From contig CALMMX010000231.1 of NCBI GenBank assembly GCA_937868545.1, positions 1,233 to 65,232 of the forward strand: a DNA stretch of 64,000 bases. The letters run 5' to 3'. This document shows positions 10,718 to 20,683 of the stretch, piece after piece. The stretch comes from an uncultured Bacteroidota bacterium (GTDB taxonomy: Bacteria; Bacteroidota; Bacteroidia; B-17B0; Aurantibacillaceae). Below the pieces are notes generated by a model. The model saw only the letters and a list, made by a program, of their open reading frames with translations. It made no database searches and was not told the DNA's origin. The stretch's first letter is position 1; every line of letters starts with the position of its first letter. Made by a program: the position numbers and the translations under genes.

Positions 10718-11167
10718 TTATTCTTCCTCTTCACTATATAATTCAAGCAATTCACTTGGATAATCATCTTTCAAAATGTAAACACCTTCCATTGGGTTTA
10801 CAATTTCCTTAATACTTTTTAAATAGATGTTAAACTTTAAACCTTGTTTAGTTTCTAACTTATCTGTTTTGCTAATAGCTTTTTTTGAAAATGGAATCAA
10901 TACTTTTGAAGCATTAGCTAATTCAAACTCAAAAATGGTCATGTCATTTATTTCAAAACAAAACTCATCATCGCTAGGGTATAAGCCTCTTAATAAGTAA
11001 GTGCCATTATTTGTAACCTTATAGCTTTTTACATCACCTTGTACTTCAAATTCATCTTCCCACAAGTACTTTATGTTATCTTCCGTTTCTTCTCCCTCAT
11101 TGTCTTTATCAGCATAAGCTTGATCAAATTTTGAGTTTACTAGTTTTACATTAATTGTTACTTTCAT
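10718..11167 (-). CDS. hypothetical acidic cytoplasmic protein
   Basis: 149-aa ORF with no signal peptide and an EEEE C-terminus. Its stop lies 4 nt before the GH92 start. No family recognised. Confidence 0.45.
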   Translation of the reverse strand: MKVTINVKLVNSKFDQAYADKDNEGEETEDNIKYLWEDEFEVQGDVKSYKVTNNGTYLLRGLYPSDDEFCFEINDMTIFEFELANASKVLIPFSKKAISKTDKLETKQGLKFNIYLKSIKEIVNPMEGVYILKDDYPSELLELYSEEEE

Positions 11168-11187
11168 TTTTATAATATGTTTGAATG

Positions 11188-12615
11188 TTAATGAGCTTGG
11201 GCATTTTTAGTATCAAAATCTATTCCTTGATTTTTTAAAATTTGTTTTGATTTATAACCATAAAATCCTAGGTAAGCGAAACAAAATACGCCCACGAAAT
11301 AACTTAAATTAATTCCTATAATTTCTGGACCAGCCAACCATCCCTGAAATAAGCTAATGAAACCACCACCCATAATCATCATAATTAAATAACTAGACCC
11401 TTGATTGGTTTTCTTACCTAAACCTGCAATAGCCAAAGTAAAAATACATGGCCATAATGTTGAACAAAATAATCCTACACTAATAAACGCATAAACACTC
11501 ACTAAACCCTGAGTTAACATGCCTATTAACAATACAATTATACCACAAGTTGAATAAATTAGTAATTGACGAGCTGGGTTTCCTTTACTCAAAAAATCTG
11601 CCCCAATCATAATTAGTATTACAAATGAATAAGGATAAAATGGTTTTAAATTATGCCCTGCTATAAAATTTGCCAATAAGAACACACCAAATGCAGCGTA
11701 TGGTATTACAAACCTCATAAGCATTTTCATGTTTTTACTCATTTCAAAAGCATCAACAGAACTTGCCCATCTGCCTATCATTAAACTAGCCCAAAACAAT
11801 GAAATATAAGGTGCCGCATCTTCGGTTTTTATGCCAATATGTTGTTTCATGTAATCAGGTAAATTAGAGGCTGTTGCAACTTCTACACCAACATAAACAA
11901 AAATTGCAATCATGCCCATCCACAATTGAGGGTATGAAAAAACACTTTTTGTGTTGGTAACTTCAGTTTCAGCTGACGCTTGTTCTACCTCAATTTTATT
12001 AGGTAATGAAGAGTATTTGAAAACAACTGCTACAATTAAAAATGCCAAACCCAAAATTAAATAAGGAAATTTTACTGCAGATAAATCACTTAAAGCACCA
12101 TGATTACTTACAGAACCAAAAATTGCAAAACCTACTACTAATGGACCAATTGTAGTTCCAATATTATTAACTCCACCTGCTAAACTCAAGCGTTGCGATC
12201 CTTTAGAGGAATCACCCATAACAATTGCCAAAGGATTTGCAGCTGTTTGTTGTAAAGAAAAACCAAGCGCAACAATAAATAAGCCAGTAATCATTAATGA
12301 AAATGAAACTAATTGTGCTGCGGGATAAAACAATAATGTTCCACATGCAGATATTACAAGCCCCAATGCAATTCCATTTTTATAACCTATCTTATTTAGA
12401 ATATCACTACCATAAAGCTTTGAAATTAAAACATACAAGATAGACCCAATAGTGTATGCTACATAAAAAGCAAAGGAAATCATTTGACTTTGCCATTGTT
12501 GTAAATGCAATTTTTCTTTAAACACTGGAATAAGTATGTCATTACTTGCAGCAACAAAACCCCAAAAGAAAAATACTGATATTAGTGTTATAAAAGCCGA
12601 ACGATTAGTCTGCAT
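11188..12615 (-). CDS. MFS sugar transporter (FucP/GluP-like)
   Basis: 475 aa, about 12 TM spans, N-terminus resembles L-fucose or glucose/galactose:H+ symporters. Co-oriented with the GH92 gene. Confidence 0.8.
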   Translation of the reverse strand: MQTNRSAFITLISVFFFWGFVAASNDILIPVFKEKLHLQQWQSQMISFAFYVAYTIGSILYVLISKLYGSDILNKIGYKNGIALGLVISACGTLLFYPAAQLVSFSLMITGLFIVALGFSLQQTAANPLAIVMGDSSKGSQRLSLAGGVNNIGTTIGPLVVGFAIFGSVSNHGALSDLSAVKFPYLILGLAFLIVAVVFKYSSLPNKIEVEQASAETEVTNTKSVFSYPQLWMGMIAIFVYVGVEVATASNLPDYMKQHIGIKTEDAAPYISLFWASLMIGRWASSVDAFEMSKNMKMLMRFVIPYAAFGVFLLANFIAGHNLKPFYPYSFVILIMIGADFLSKGNPARQLLIYSTCGIIVLLIGMLTQGLVSVYAFISVGLFCSTLWPCIFTLAIAGLGKKTNQGSSYLIMMIMGGGFISLFQGWLAGPEIIGINLSYFVGVFCFAYLGFYGYKSKQILKNQGIDFDTKNAQAH

Positions 12616-12756
12616 AAATATATTTTGATAAATATCTAAAGTAAAGGTTTTATGTTGTTTAGCCGTGTTAAAAAGGTGGCATTTATTAACAACCTATTTT
12701 TTACTACTTATTACTAATTCGCATACTAAAAAAATAAAAAACAGTAACTTTAATGC

Positions 12757-13641
12757 ATGCAATTACTTACTCCCAAAAATTTTAACGACTACGAATTATT
12801 AGATTGTGGCGATTTTGAAAAACTAGAACGTTTTGGAAAATACATTACCATAAGACCCGAACCACAAGCCGTTTGGAAAAAAGTATACTCATACTCTGAA
12901 TGGGAAAAACAAGCCCATGTAAAATTTATTCCTAAAAGCAGTAGCAGTGGCGATTGGAAAATGTTAAAAAAAATGCCTGAACAATGGACTATAAGTTACA
13001 ATCTTGGTGATAAAAAAAATGCCAAAGAAATTGTATTTAGACTAGGCTTAACCTCATTTAAACACGTAGGTATTTTTCCTGAACAAGCATGTAACTGGGA
13101 CGTGATATTTAATTTTTTACAAGATATAGAAAAGCCAAAATTTTTAAACTTATTTGCATATACAGGCGGCGCTTCCTTAGCTGCAAAAGCCGCAGGTGCA
13201 GATGTTACGCATGTGGATAGCATTAAGCAAGTTGTAAACTGGGCAAATGAAAACATGCAAAAATCAAACTTAGATAATATTCGTTGGTTAATAGATGATG
13301 CATTAAAATTTGCAAAAAAAGAACAAAGAAGAGGCAATTTTTACCAAGGCATTATACTTGACCCACCAGCATTTGGACATGGACCTAACGGTGAAAAATG
13401 GAAACTTGAAGATAATATTTTAGAAATGATGGATTGCGTATTGCAAATATTAGATCCAAAACAACATTTACTTATTTTAAATGCTTATTCATTAGGGTTT
13501 TCGGCATTAGTGCCGCAAAATTTATTAAACCCATTTGCCACAAAACACAAATCTGAATTAAATATTGGTGAATTATATTTACATGCAAAAAGTGGTGTTG
13601 ATTTACCTTTAGGTGTTTGGGGCCGATTAGAAAAAAAATAA
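12757..13641 (+). CDS. class I SAM-dependent methyltransferase (RlmI/K C-terminal-like)
   Basis: LNLFAYTGGASLAAKAAGA (motif I) and IILDPPAFG (motif IV). Confidence 0.75.
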   Translation: MQLLTPKNFNDYELLDCGDFEKLERFGKYITIRPEPQAVWKKVYSYSEWEKQAHVKFIPKSSSSGDWKMLKKMPEQWTISYNLGDKKNAKEIVFRLGLTSFKHVGIFPEQACNWDVIFNFLQDIEKPKFLNLFAYTGGASLAAKAAGADVTHVDSIKQVVNWANENMQKSNLDNIRWLIDDALKFAKKEQRRGNFYQGIILDPPAFGHGPNGEKWKLEDNILEMMDCVLQILDPKQHLLILNAYSLGFSALVPQNLLNPFATKHKSELNIGELYLHAKSGVDLPLGVWGRLEKK

Positions 13642-13821
13642 ATACATTTCCGTCTTTTGCTACAAAAATTCTCCCAATTTCAGGAGTTTTAAATCTTTTT
13701 ATACCTACTATTTACCGCTCATATAATTTGAGTTTTACAACTATTGCTTTTAACATTTTAATAGCATAGATTAGTAATTCATAAATTCGCTTTACTATAA
13801 AAGCAATTCTTAAAATAATTA

Positions 13822-15822
13822 ATGATGAAAAAAATACTTTACCTATTTATAATCTTAGTATCAATCAAAACAATTAATGCACAACATGCTTGCGCAGATC
13901 ATAAAGCAGCACATTTTAACAGAGCCTTAAATAAAAGAATGGCAATGCCAACTAGCTATACTCCTCCAGAAACTAAATATGACTTAAAATTTTACCATTT
14001 AAATTTAAATGTTGAAAGAAATACAGCATATATAAGTGGTAATGTTGTAAGTAAAGCAAAAGTTATGGTTGCTAGCCTTGATAGTTTCGCGTTTTTATTA
14101 CATCAAAACCATATCATTGATTCAGTATACGTAAATGGTGCTCGTCGCAATTTTGTTAGACAAGATAGTTTAGTAAAAGCAACTGCTGGCACTCCAATAC
14201 CATTAAACACAACATTTGATGCAATAGTATATTACAGAGGAACTTGCCCATCTGGTGGTGGTGCAGCAATTGGTGATGGATATAATGTAGGAACTTCTCC
14301 ATCATGGGGAAATCAAGCATCATGGAGCTTGAGCGAAAGTTTAGTTGCTTATCAATGGTTTCCTTGCAAACAAGATTTAACAGATAAAATAGATTCATCA
14401 TGGGTATTTGCTACAACTGATAGTGCAAACATGGTTGGATCTAATGGTTTATTAAAAAATATTGTGAGCTTAGGTACAAAAAAACGTTATGAATGGAAAT
14501 CTCGTTACCCAATTGATTACTATTTAATTTCAGTTTCAACTGCTAAATACAGGGCTTATAACTTATATGCTAAACCACAATATTTAGCTCCAGATTCAAT
14601 CTTCATTCAAAATTTTATTTATGATAATGCAATAGGAAACCCGAGTTGGAATACACAAAAAACGGCATTGAATAAAATAAAGCAAACTATTGAATTACAA
14701 TCAAAACTATTTGGAATGTACCCATTTTACAAAGAAAAATACGGGCATTGTATGGCACCTTTAGGTGGTGGAATGGAACATCAAACAATGACCACACTAG
14801 GATTTTTTGATTTTGAACTTGATGCACACGAATTAGGACATCAATGGTGGGGTGATAATGTAACTTGCAAAGCTTGGAAAGATATTTTTATAAATGAAGG
14901 TTGGGCAAGCTATTCCGAATATCTATGTCACCAATATCTACCTGCTATTTCTGGGACTTCTGCAGCATCTAAAATGACAAATGTTCATACTAATGTAATG
15001 TCGCAACCTGGCGGCAGTAGTTATTTTACCAATGCTGATACAGTTGATGCAAGCGTAATTTTTGATAGTAGATTAACTTACGACAAAGGAAGTGCTATAA
15101 TACACACTTTACGTTATACTATAAATAACGATTCAGTATTCTTCCCAGCTATACGTGGATTCCAAAATACTTATAAATTTAATGTAGCAAGTGTGATTGA
15201 TTTCAAAAATTACATGCAAACTTATACTGGCATTAACCTTACCCAATTCTTTAATCAATGGTATTATGGAGAAGGCTACCCTACTTTTAATGTAAAGTGG
15301 AACCAAGCTAGTGGTAATTTTATTTTAAAGTCTACTCAAACTCAATCTATGCCGAGTTCTGTGCCATTATTTATTACAGATGTAGATTACCGCATTTCAA
15401 GAACAGCTAAACCCGATACCGTTATAAGATTAAATCATGCCAATTTAATAGAAAATTACACTATCCCATTAACTGGAACTGTAACTTCTGTTTTTGTTGA
15501 TCCATCAAATTGGATTTTAAACAAAGTAATTGGGCCCGTGCAAGATCCAACTTTAGTATCTACAATTGGCATAGAAGAATTTGAACAAGCTACTTTCTTT
15601 ATTGGACCAAATCCAACTTCAGATGTATTAAATATTTATTTATATAATTCAGATAAAGCAGTAGTTGAAATTACTGATATCACTGGTAAATTGGTTGGTA
15701 TGCAAATGATTAAATCACAAGCTGAGTTTGATATTTCTAAATACAGCAATGGCATTTACAATGTTACAATTAAAAATACACATGGTGATATTTTAAAAAC
15801 TACTAAAATAGTTAAGAATTAA
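13822..15822 (+). CDS. M1 family metallopeptidase with type A T9SS C-terminal sorting domain
   Basis: GGMEH exopeptidase-like motif, HELGHQWWGD...NEGWASY zinc site, and a C-terminal ~80 aa GPNPTSDVLNIYL...GIYNVTIKN... Por-secretion tail. Confidence 0.85.
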   Translation: MMKKILYLFIILVSIKTINAQHACADHKAAHFNRALNKRMAMPTSYTPPETKYDLKFYHLNLNVERNTAYISGNVVSKAKVMVASLDSFAFLLHQNHIIDSVYVNGARRNFVRQDSLVKATAGTPIPLNTTFDAIVYYRGTCPSGGGAAIGDGYNVGTSPSWGNQASWSLSESLVAYQWFPCKQDLTDKIDSSWVFATTDSANMVGSNGLLKNIVSLGTKKRYEWKSRYPIDYYLISVSTAKYRAYNLYAKPQYLAPDSIFIQNFIYDNAIGNPSWNTQKTALNKIKQTIELQSKLFGMYPFYKEKYGHCMAPLGGGMEHQTMTTLGFFDFELDAHELGHQWWGDNVTCKAWKDIFINEGWASYSEYLCHQYLPAISGTSAASKMTNVHTNVMSQPGGSSYFTNADTVDASVIFDSRLTYDKGSAIIHTLRYTINNDSVFFPAIRGFQNTYKFNVASVIDFKNYMQTYTGINLTQFFNQWYYGEGYPTFNVKWNQASGNFILKSTQTQSMPSSVPLFITDVDYRISRTAKPDTVIRLNHANLIENYTIPLTGTVTSVFVDPSNWILNKVIGPVQDPTLVSTIGIEEFEQATFFIGPNPTSDVLNIYLYNSDKAVVEITDITGKLVGMQMIKSQAEFDISKYSNGIYNVTIKNTHGDILKTTKIVKN

Positions 15823-15870
15823 TTTTAGGTTTTTTCCATTATTAACTGCAAGTTAGTGTAAGTTATATTT

Positions 15871-15926
15871 GTCACTTTGAGTGATTTTGAGATGTATCAA
15901 TTGCTCTTGAAATCGCTCAAACTGAC
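15871..15926. other. long hairpin between convergent genes (possible bidirectional terminator or REP-like element)
   Basis: GTCACTTTGAGTGATTT (15871-15887) pairs with AAATCGCTCAAACTGAC (15910-15926): 17 bp with 2 non-Watson-Crick positions and a 22-nt loop. Confidence 0.5.
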
Positions 15927-15945
15927 ATTCAGATCTTTTTTTAAA

Positions 15946-17157
15946 TCAAAAGTCTTTCTTATTCAAATAATCTGAAACAAACTTGCCCATACTAAAACAA
16001 GATTGTAATAAATAACCACCTGTGGGGGCATCGTAATCAAGCATTTCGCCAATACAAAACGTATTTGGTATTTTCTTCAATTCAAAATGCTCTGTAAGTT
16101 CATTTAAATCAATTCCTCCAACAGTTGAAATAGACTCATCAATTGGGGCAAAATCAACAATTTCAATTGGGAATTTTTTTATGAGTTTTGATAATACGAA
16201 AACATCTTGATACTCGCTTTTACTTGTAACCGATTTTAATAAGACAATTTGTAGTTCTGTTAATTTTAAATTTTTTAATAAAAATTCCTTTATTGAAGAG
16301 TGCTTGTTTAATTCGAATTTCTGAACCAATTCATGGTAACTTATTTCCGGTTTAAAATCTATAAGAACAGTTGCCTTATTAGTTTCAATTAATTGCTTTC
16401 GAATAAATGGACTCAAAGGATAAATACCACTACCTTCTATACCAAAAGTTGTAAGCACAGCCTCCCCTTTAATTTTAGTATCTCCACAAGTAAACGCCGC
16501 ATTTTTAATTGGTTTACCTTCAATACTCTTAAGTATATTATCAGGCCAATTAATTTTATAAGCACAATTAGATGGATAAAACTCGTTTACTTTTATACTT
16601 TCATTCTCAAAAACTTCTTTCCAAGAGCCAGTACTACCCGTCTTTTTCCAACTTGCACCTCCCAATGCAAATACATAAAAATCCGCATCAACTTTTACAA
16701 CATTACCATCATTTAAAAATTGTGGATTTCCATTATTAAATCCCGAAAATTCAAAACCAGTTCTAATATCAATGTTATTTTTAACTATTTCCTTCATGAT
16801 AGTCTCAAACACATCAATGGGTTTAATTCCTTTAATAGGAAAAACACGTTTGCTTGTGCCAATAAACGTTGGTATTCCGATACCGTTTAGCCACTCAATA
16901 AAATCTATATTCGAAAAATTTAATAAAGCCTCTTTTAAAAAAGTATTAGGCGCGTAACGATTTATCAATAATTCCAATGATTCAGAATGTGTTAAATTAA
17001 ATCCACCATCACCTGCCACTAAAAATTTTCTAGCTAAAAATTTATTCTTTTCATAAATAGTTACAGAATATTTATTTGAATCTATATTGCAGGCAAACAT
17101 CAACGCAGCAGGGCCACCACCAATTATTGCAATAGATTTTTTCGGAATATTTTTCAT
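15946..17157 (-). CDS. NAD(P)/FAD-dependent oxidoreductase (HI0933/BaiN-like flavoprotein)
   Basis: IAIIGGGPAALM dinucleotide-binding motif directly after the internal Met (ATG 17155-17157). The track's upstream extension looks spurious. Confidence 0.8.
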   Translation of the reverse strand: MKNIPKKSIAIIGGGPAALMFACNIDSNKYSVTIYEKNKFLARKFLVAGDGGFNLTHSESLELLINRYAPNTFLKEALLNFSNIDFIEWLNGIGIPTFIGTSKRVFPIKGIKPIDVFETIMKEIVKNNIDIRTGFEFSGFNNGNPQFLNDGNVVKVDADFYVFALGGASWKKTGSTGSWKEVFENESIKVNEFYPSNCAYKINWPDNILKSIEGKPIKNAAFTCGDTKIKGEAVLTTFGIEGSGIYPLSPFIRKQLIETNKATVLIDFKPEISYHELVQKFELNKHSSIKEFLLKNLKLTELQIVLLKSVTSKSEYQDVFVLSKLIKKFPIEIVDFAPIDESISTVGGIDLNELTEHFELKKIPNTFCIGEMLDYDAPTGGYLLQSCFSMGKFVSDYLNKKDF

Positions 17158-17328
17158 ACTAACCTCGAGTACTAAATTAAGCATAGTTTTCATTACAACA
17201 TGATTATATGACAAAAACCAAATTTCAATAATCAATACATATTCATTATTAAAACGACTAGTTATAAAACTCAGAACTAAAAAAATGACTAAAATTTCAA
17301 TAATTTTCTAAAAAATTCACTTTTTTTC

Positions 17329-17359
17329 TTGCACCCCCCCTTTTTTTCACATACTTTTG
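17329..17359 (+). promoter_or_regulatory. candidate Bacteroidota sigma-A promoter for glnN (-33 TTG / -7 TAnnTTTG)
   Basis: TTG at 17329-17331, a 20-nt spacer, TACTTTTG at 17352-17359, about 50 nt upstream of the glnN ATG. Pattern match only. Confidence 0.35.
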
Positions 17360-17408
17360 GCAAAAAATTACATTATTTTACAAAACACCCCCTAAAAAAC
17401 ACAAATTT

Positions 17409-19598
17409 ATGAGCACAAGACGAGTTTTAGCCATGCAAGATGTTGTTAAAAGAACCCCAGTGGAGTTTAACAATAATAATAAGCAAGTTTCTCAATATTA
17501 TGGTTCAAATGTTTTTGGATTAGATGCGATGCGTGAATTCCTTTCGGAAGAAGCATTTAATAGCATTCAAAATTCAATGCACCAAGGAACAATTGTTGAA
17601 CGTAAAATGGCCGATCAAGTTGCAGCTTGCATGAAAGCTTGGGCTCAAAGTAAAGGTGTTACACATTTTACACACTGGTTTCAACCATTAAGTGGGGCAA
17701 CTGCCGAAAAACACGATGGTTTTTTTGAACCAATAGAAGGTGGAAGAGCCATTGAACGTTTTAGCGGAAATGCATTAGTACAACAAGAGCCAGATGCATC
17801 ATCTTTCCCAAATGGAGGTATACGTAATACTTTTGAAGCTCGTGGTTATACTGCTTGGGATCCAACATCACCAGCATTTATTTGGGGAGAAACATTGTGT
17901 ATTCCTACTATTTTCATTTCTTATACAGGCGAATCTTTAGATTTTAAAACACCATTATTAAAATCATTAGCTGCTGTAGATAAAGCAGCAACAGAAGTTT
18001 GTCAGTATTTTGATAAAAACGTTTCTAAAGTAATTGCAACTTTAGGTTGGGAACAAGAGTATTTCTTAGTCGATTCAGCTTTATATAATATTCGTTACGA
18101 TATTCAACAAACAGGTCGTACTTTATTTGGACATGCTTCAGCAAAAGGACAACAGCTTGAAGATCACTACTGGGGATCAATTCCAGAAAGAGTTTCGGCT
18201 TACATGCGCGATTTTGAATACGAAGCACATTTACTAGGAATTCCAGTTCGTACTCGTCATAATGAAGTTGCTCCAGCTCAATTTGAATGTGCACCAGTAT
18301 TTGAAGAAACGAACTTAGCTGTTGATCATAATTTATTGTTAATGGACGTAATGGAAAAAGTTGCAATACGTCATAACTTTAGAGTATTAATGCATGAAAA
18401 ACCTTATGCTGGAGTAAATGGAAGTGGTAAACATAACAATTGGAGTTTAGCTACTAACACAGGTAAAAATTTATTATCTCCTGGTAAAACTCCAAAAACA
18501 AATTTACAATTCTTAACTTTCTTTGTAAATACAGTTAAAGCAGTATACGAACACGCTGATTTATTAAGAGCTTCAATTGCTTCTGCTAATAACGATCATC
18601 GCTTAGGCGCTAATGAAGCTCCTCCTGCAATCATGTCGGTGTTTTTAGGTGAGCAATTATCAAAAGTTTTGGATGAGTTAGAAAAATCGGTGCATTCAGG
18701 AAAGATGAGTCCTGAAGAAAAAACTGCTCTTAAAATGAACATTGGTCGTATTCCAGATATTTTATTAGACAATACTGATAGAAACAGAACATCACCATTT
18801 GCCTTTACTGGAAATAAATTTGAATTTAGAGCGGTTGGTTCATCCGCAAATTGTGGTGGCCCAATGACAGTTTTAAATTCAATTGTAGCAGAACAATTAA
18901 TGACATTTAAAAAAGATGTTGATTCATTAATGGATAAAAAAGTAGAGAAAGATGAAGCAATTTTTCAAATACTAAAAAAATACATTATTGAAAGTAAAAA
19001 AATTCGTTTCGAAGGAAATGGATATGGCGATGCTTGGAAAGCAGAAGCTAAAAAACGTGGGTTAAACAATATACCAACAACACCAGGTGCTTTAGAAGCA
19101 ATGATTTCTAAAAAAACTTTGGGTATGTATGAATCGTTAGGTATTTTAAATCACCGCGAACAAGAAGCCCGCTACGAAATTGCTTTAGAAACTTACACTA
19201 AAAAAATTCAAATTGAAAGCCGTATTATTGCTGACATGGTAGATAATCAAATTATACCATCTGCACTAACATACCAAAAAACTTTAACTGATAATGTTGT
19301 AGGATTAAAAACAATATTAAGCGGTGCAGAATTTAAAAAAGCAAGCGATACACAAATTGCATTAATTAAAGAAATAAGTGAACGTGTAACAATTATAAAG
19401 AAAGCTGCAGATGATATGACTGAGGAAAGAAGAAAAGCTAATAACTTAGATACTGCGAAAAAACAAGCACATGCTTACTGTGAAAAAGTAAAACCATTTT
19501 TTGAAACCATTCGTTATAATGTAGATAAGCTTGAAAACATTGTAGACGATGCTACTTGGCCTTTACCAAAATACAGAGAAATGTTGTATTTAAGATAG
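17409..19598 (+). CDS. glnN: glutamine synthetase type III
   Basis: 729 aa; the length and motifs (NGSGKHNNWS, RLGANEAPPAIMSVFLG, RNRTSPFAFTGNKFEFRAVGSS) are characteristic of GSIII. Confidence 0.92.
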   Translation: MSTRRVLAMQDVVKRTPVEFNNNNKQVSQYYGSNVFGLDAMREFLSEEAFNSIQNSMHQGTIVERKMADQVAACMKAWAQSKGVTHFTHWFQPLSGATAEKHDGFFEPIEGGRAIERFSGNALVQQEPDASSFPNGGIRNTFEARGYTAWDPTSPAFIWGETLCIPTIFISYTGESLDFKTPLLKSLAAVDKAATEVCQYFDKNVSKVIATLGWEQEYFLVDSALYNIRYDIQQTGRTLFGHASAKGQQLEDHYWGSIPERVSAYMRDFEYEAHLLGIPVRTRHNEVAPAQFECAPVFEETNLAVDHNLLLMDVMEKVAIRHNFRVLMHEKPYAGVNGSGKHNNWSLATNTGKNLLSPGKTPKTNLQFLTFFVNTVKAVYEHADLLRASIASANNDHRLGANEAPPAIMSVFLGEQLSKVLDELEKSVHSGKMSPEEKTALKMNIGRIPDILLDNTDRNRTSPFAFTGNKFEFRAVGSSANCGGPMTVLNSIVAEQLMTFKKDVDSLMDKKVEKDEAIFQILKKYIIESKKIRFEGNGYGDAWKAEAKKRGLNNIPTTPGALEAMISKKTLGMYESLGILNHREQEARYEIALETYTKKIQIESRIIADMVDNQIIPSALTYQKTLTDNVVGLKTILSGAEFKKASDTQIALIKEISERVTIIKKAADDMTEERRKANNLDTAKKQAHAYCEKVKPFFETIRYNVDKLENIVDDATWPLPKYREMLYLR
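19407..19598 (+). repeat. copy A of the 192-nt glnN 3'-end repeat
   Basis: Hand alignment to 26350-26541 shows 4 differences, all silent. Confidence 0.9.
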
Positions 19599-19625
19599 TA
19601 AAAATCAAACAATAAATAAAAAAAT

Positions 19626-19665
19626 AAAAAAACCATGGTAAAATTACACCATGGTTTTTTGTTTT
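19626..19665. terminator. bidirectional Rho-independent terminator (glnN / convergent lipoprotein gene)
   Basis: AACCATGGT (19631-19639) pairs with ACCATGGTT (19648-19656), flanked by an A-run upstream and a T-run downstream. Confidence 0.75.
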
Positions 19666-19673
19666 AAATATTA

Positions 19674-20648
19674 TTAATGTGTTAAATTGCCAGTTAACGC
19701 TAATGTTGAGCTACCAGCTCCGATAACTTTATTTAAACTTACATTATTTACAGTAACAGATACATCATTAGCATTAGTAATAACAGTAGCTTTATCTCCT
19801 CCCATTGAATTGTATACTTCTGAAGTAGCAGTATTTGCATATTCAATATAAATTTTACCATTACCTAAAGCGCTTTTACTTGAAACAACATCATAAGTGC
19901 CAGTAGGTGGGTAAGAAGTGCTAAACCAATATTTTAATCCAAATAGTGGTGCTGATGTACTTGATCCTTCGAATTTAAAACTTCCAGTAGGATCTAAAGA
20001 TACAACTAGTTGAGTAGGATTAAACGTTGTAGAACCAAGTATAAATTGGTTTGCCGTAACTCCAACAGGTGTTGTATAACTTGCATTAGCTGATGGAATA
20101 ACAGGAATTGTGCTTACTAATTTACTTGATAAACTCATACTATTTAAGCCAACATTAGTGCTCTCGATAGTAAATACACCTCCTGAATTTGTAATTGTTG
20201 CCATACCGCCAGTTGTAACATAATTATAAATAAAATAAGGTGCTGTAGAAAAGCTCTTTGCAATACCAACATTAACAACACTTGGAGCGTAAGAAGCACT
20301 TGAAGACACAATGCTATATGAACCAGAGGCCATTAAATACGTTGGAAAAGAATATGATAGTATAATTGTTGTATCACCCGAAATTGCTTTTGCAGCTAAT
20401 ACACAAGTGCCATTTGCACTTTTTTCCCAATATGGATTATTAGCAACACTAGTTGCAGTATATACAGTTCCGTTTGCACTCCATTGGTTAGCCGTTAAAG
20501 TAGAAGTTCCTCCAGAACCCCCACCTGTTGTACCTCCCGTTGTTGTTACAGGCGTATCTGGTGGTGTATCTTCTTTCTTTTTACAAGAAAAAATTACACC
20601 TGTTACTAATAAGACAATTGCTGACGTTTTGATGAGTTGCTTTTTCAT
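19674..20648 (-). CDS. lipoprotein of unknown function, two tandem homologous domains
   Basis: Lipobox (..VIFSCKK) and a T/G-rich linker. The two halves share LTANQW..G[ST]Y.[IV]VSS-type patterns. Confidence 0.55.
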   Translation of the reverse strand: MKKQLIKTSAIVLLVTGVIFSCKKKEDTPPDTPVTTTGGTTGGGSGGTSTLTANQWSANGTVYTATSVANNPYWEKSANGTCVLAAKAISGDTTIILSYSFPTYLMASGSYSIVSSSASYAPSVVNVGIAKSFSTAPYFIYNYVTTGGMATITNSGGVFTIESTNVGLNSMSLSSKLVSTIPVIPSANASYTTPVGVTANQFILGSTTFNPTQLVVSLDPTGSFKFEGSSTSAPLFGLKYWFSTSYPPTGTYDVVSSKSALGNGKIYIEYANTATSEVYNSMGGDKATVITNANDVSVTVNNVSLNKVIGAGSSTLALTGNLTH

Positions 20649-20683
20649 AATTTATAGTTTTTAATAGTTTGTATAGTGTTTTT

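Noticed and set aside
10714-10767. N-terminal extension of the GH92 ORF (track start 10767). The flavoprotein ORF has a similar extension (17158-17235).
   Set aside because: The internal Met is followed immediately by a signal peptide (GH92) or the GGGPAA dinucleotide motif (flavoprotein). The extensions overlap the neighbouring gene or have no family counterpart.
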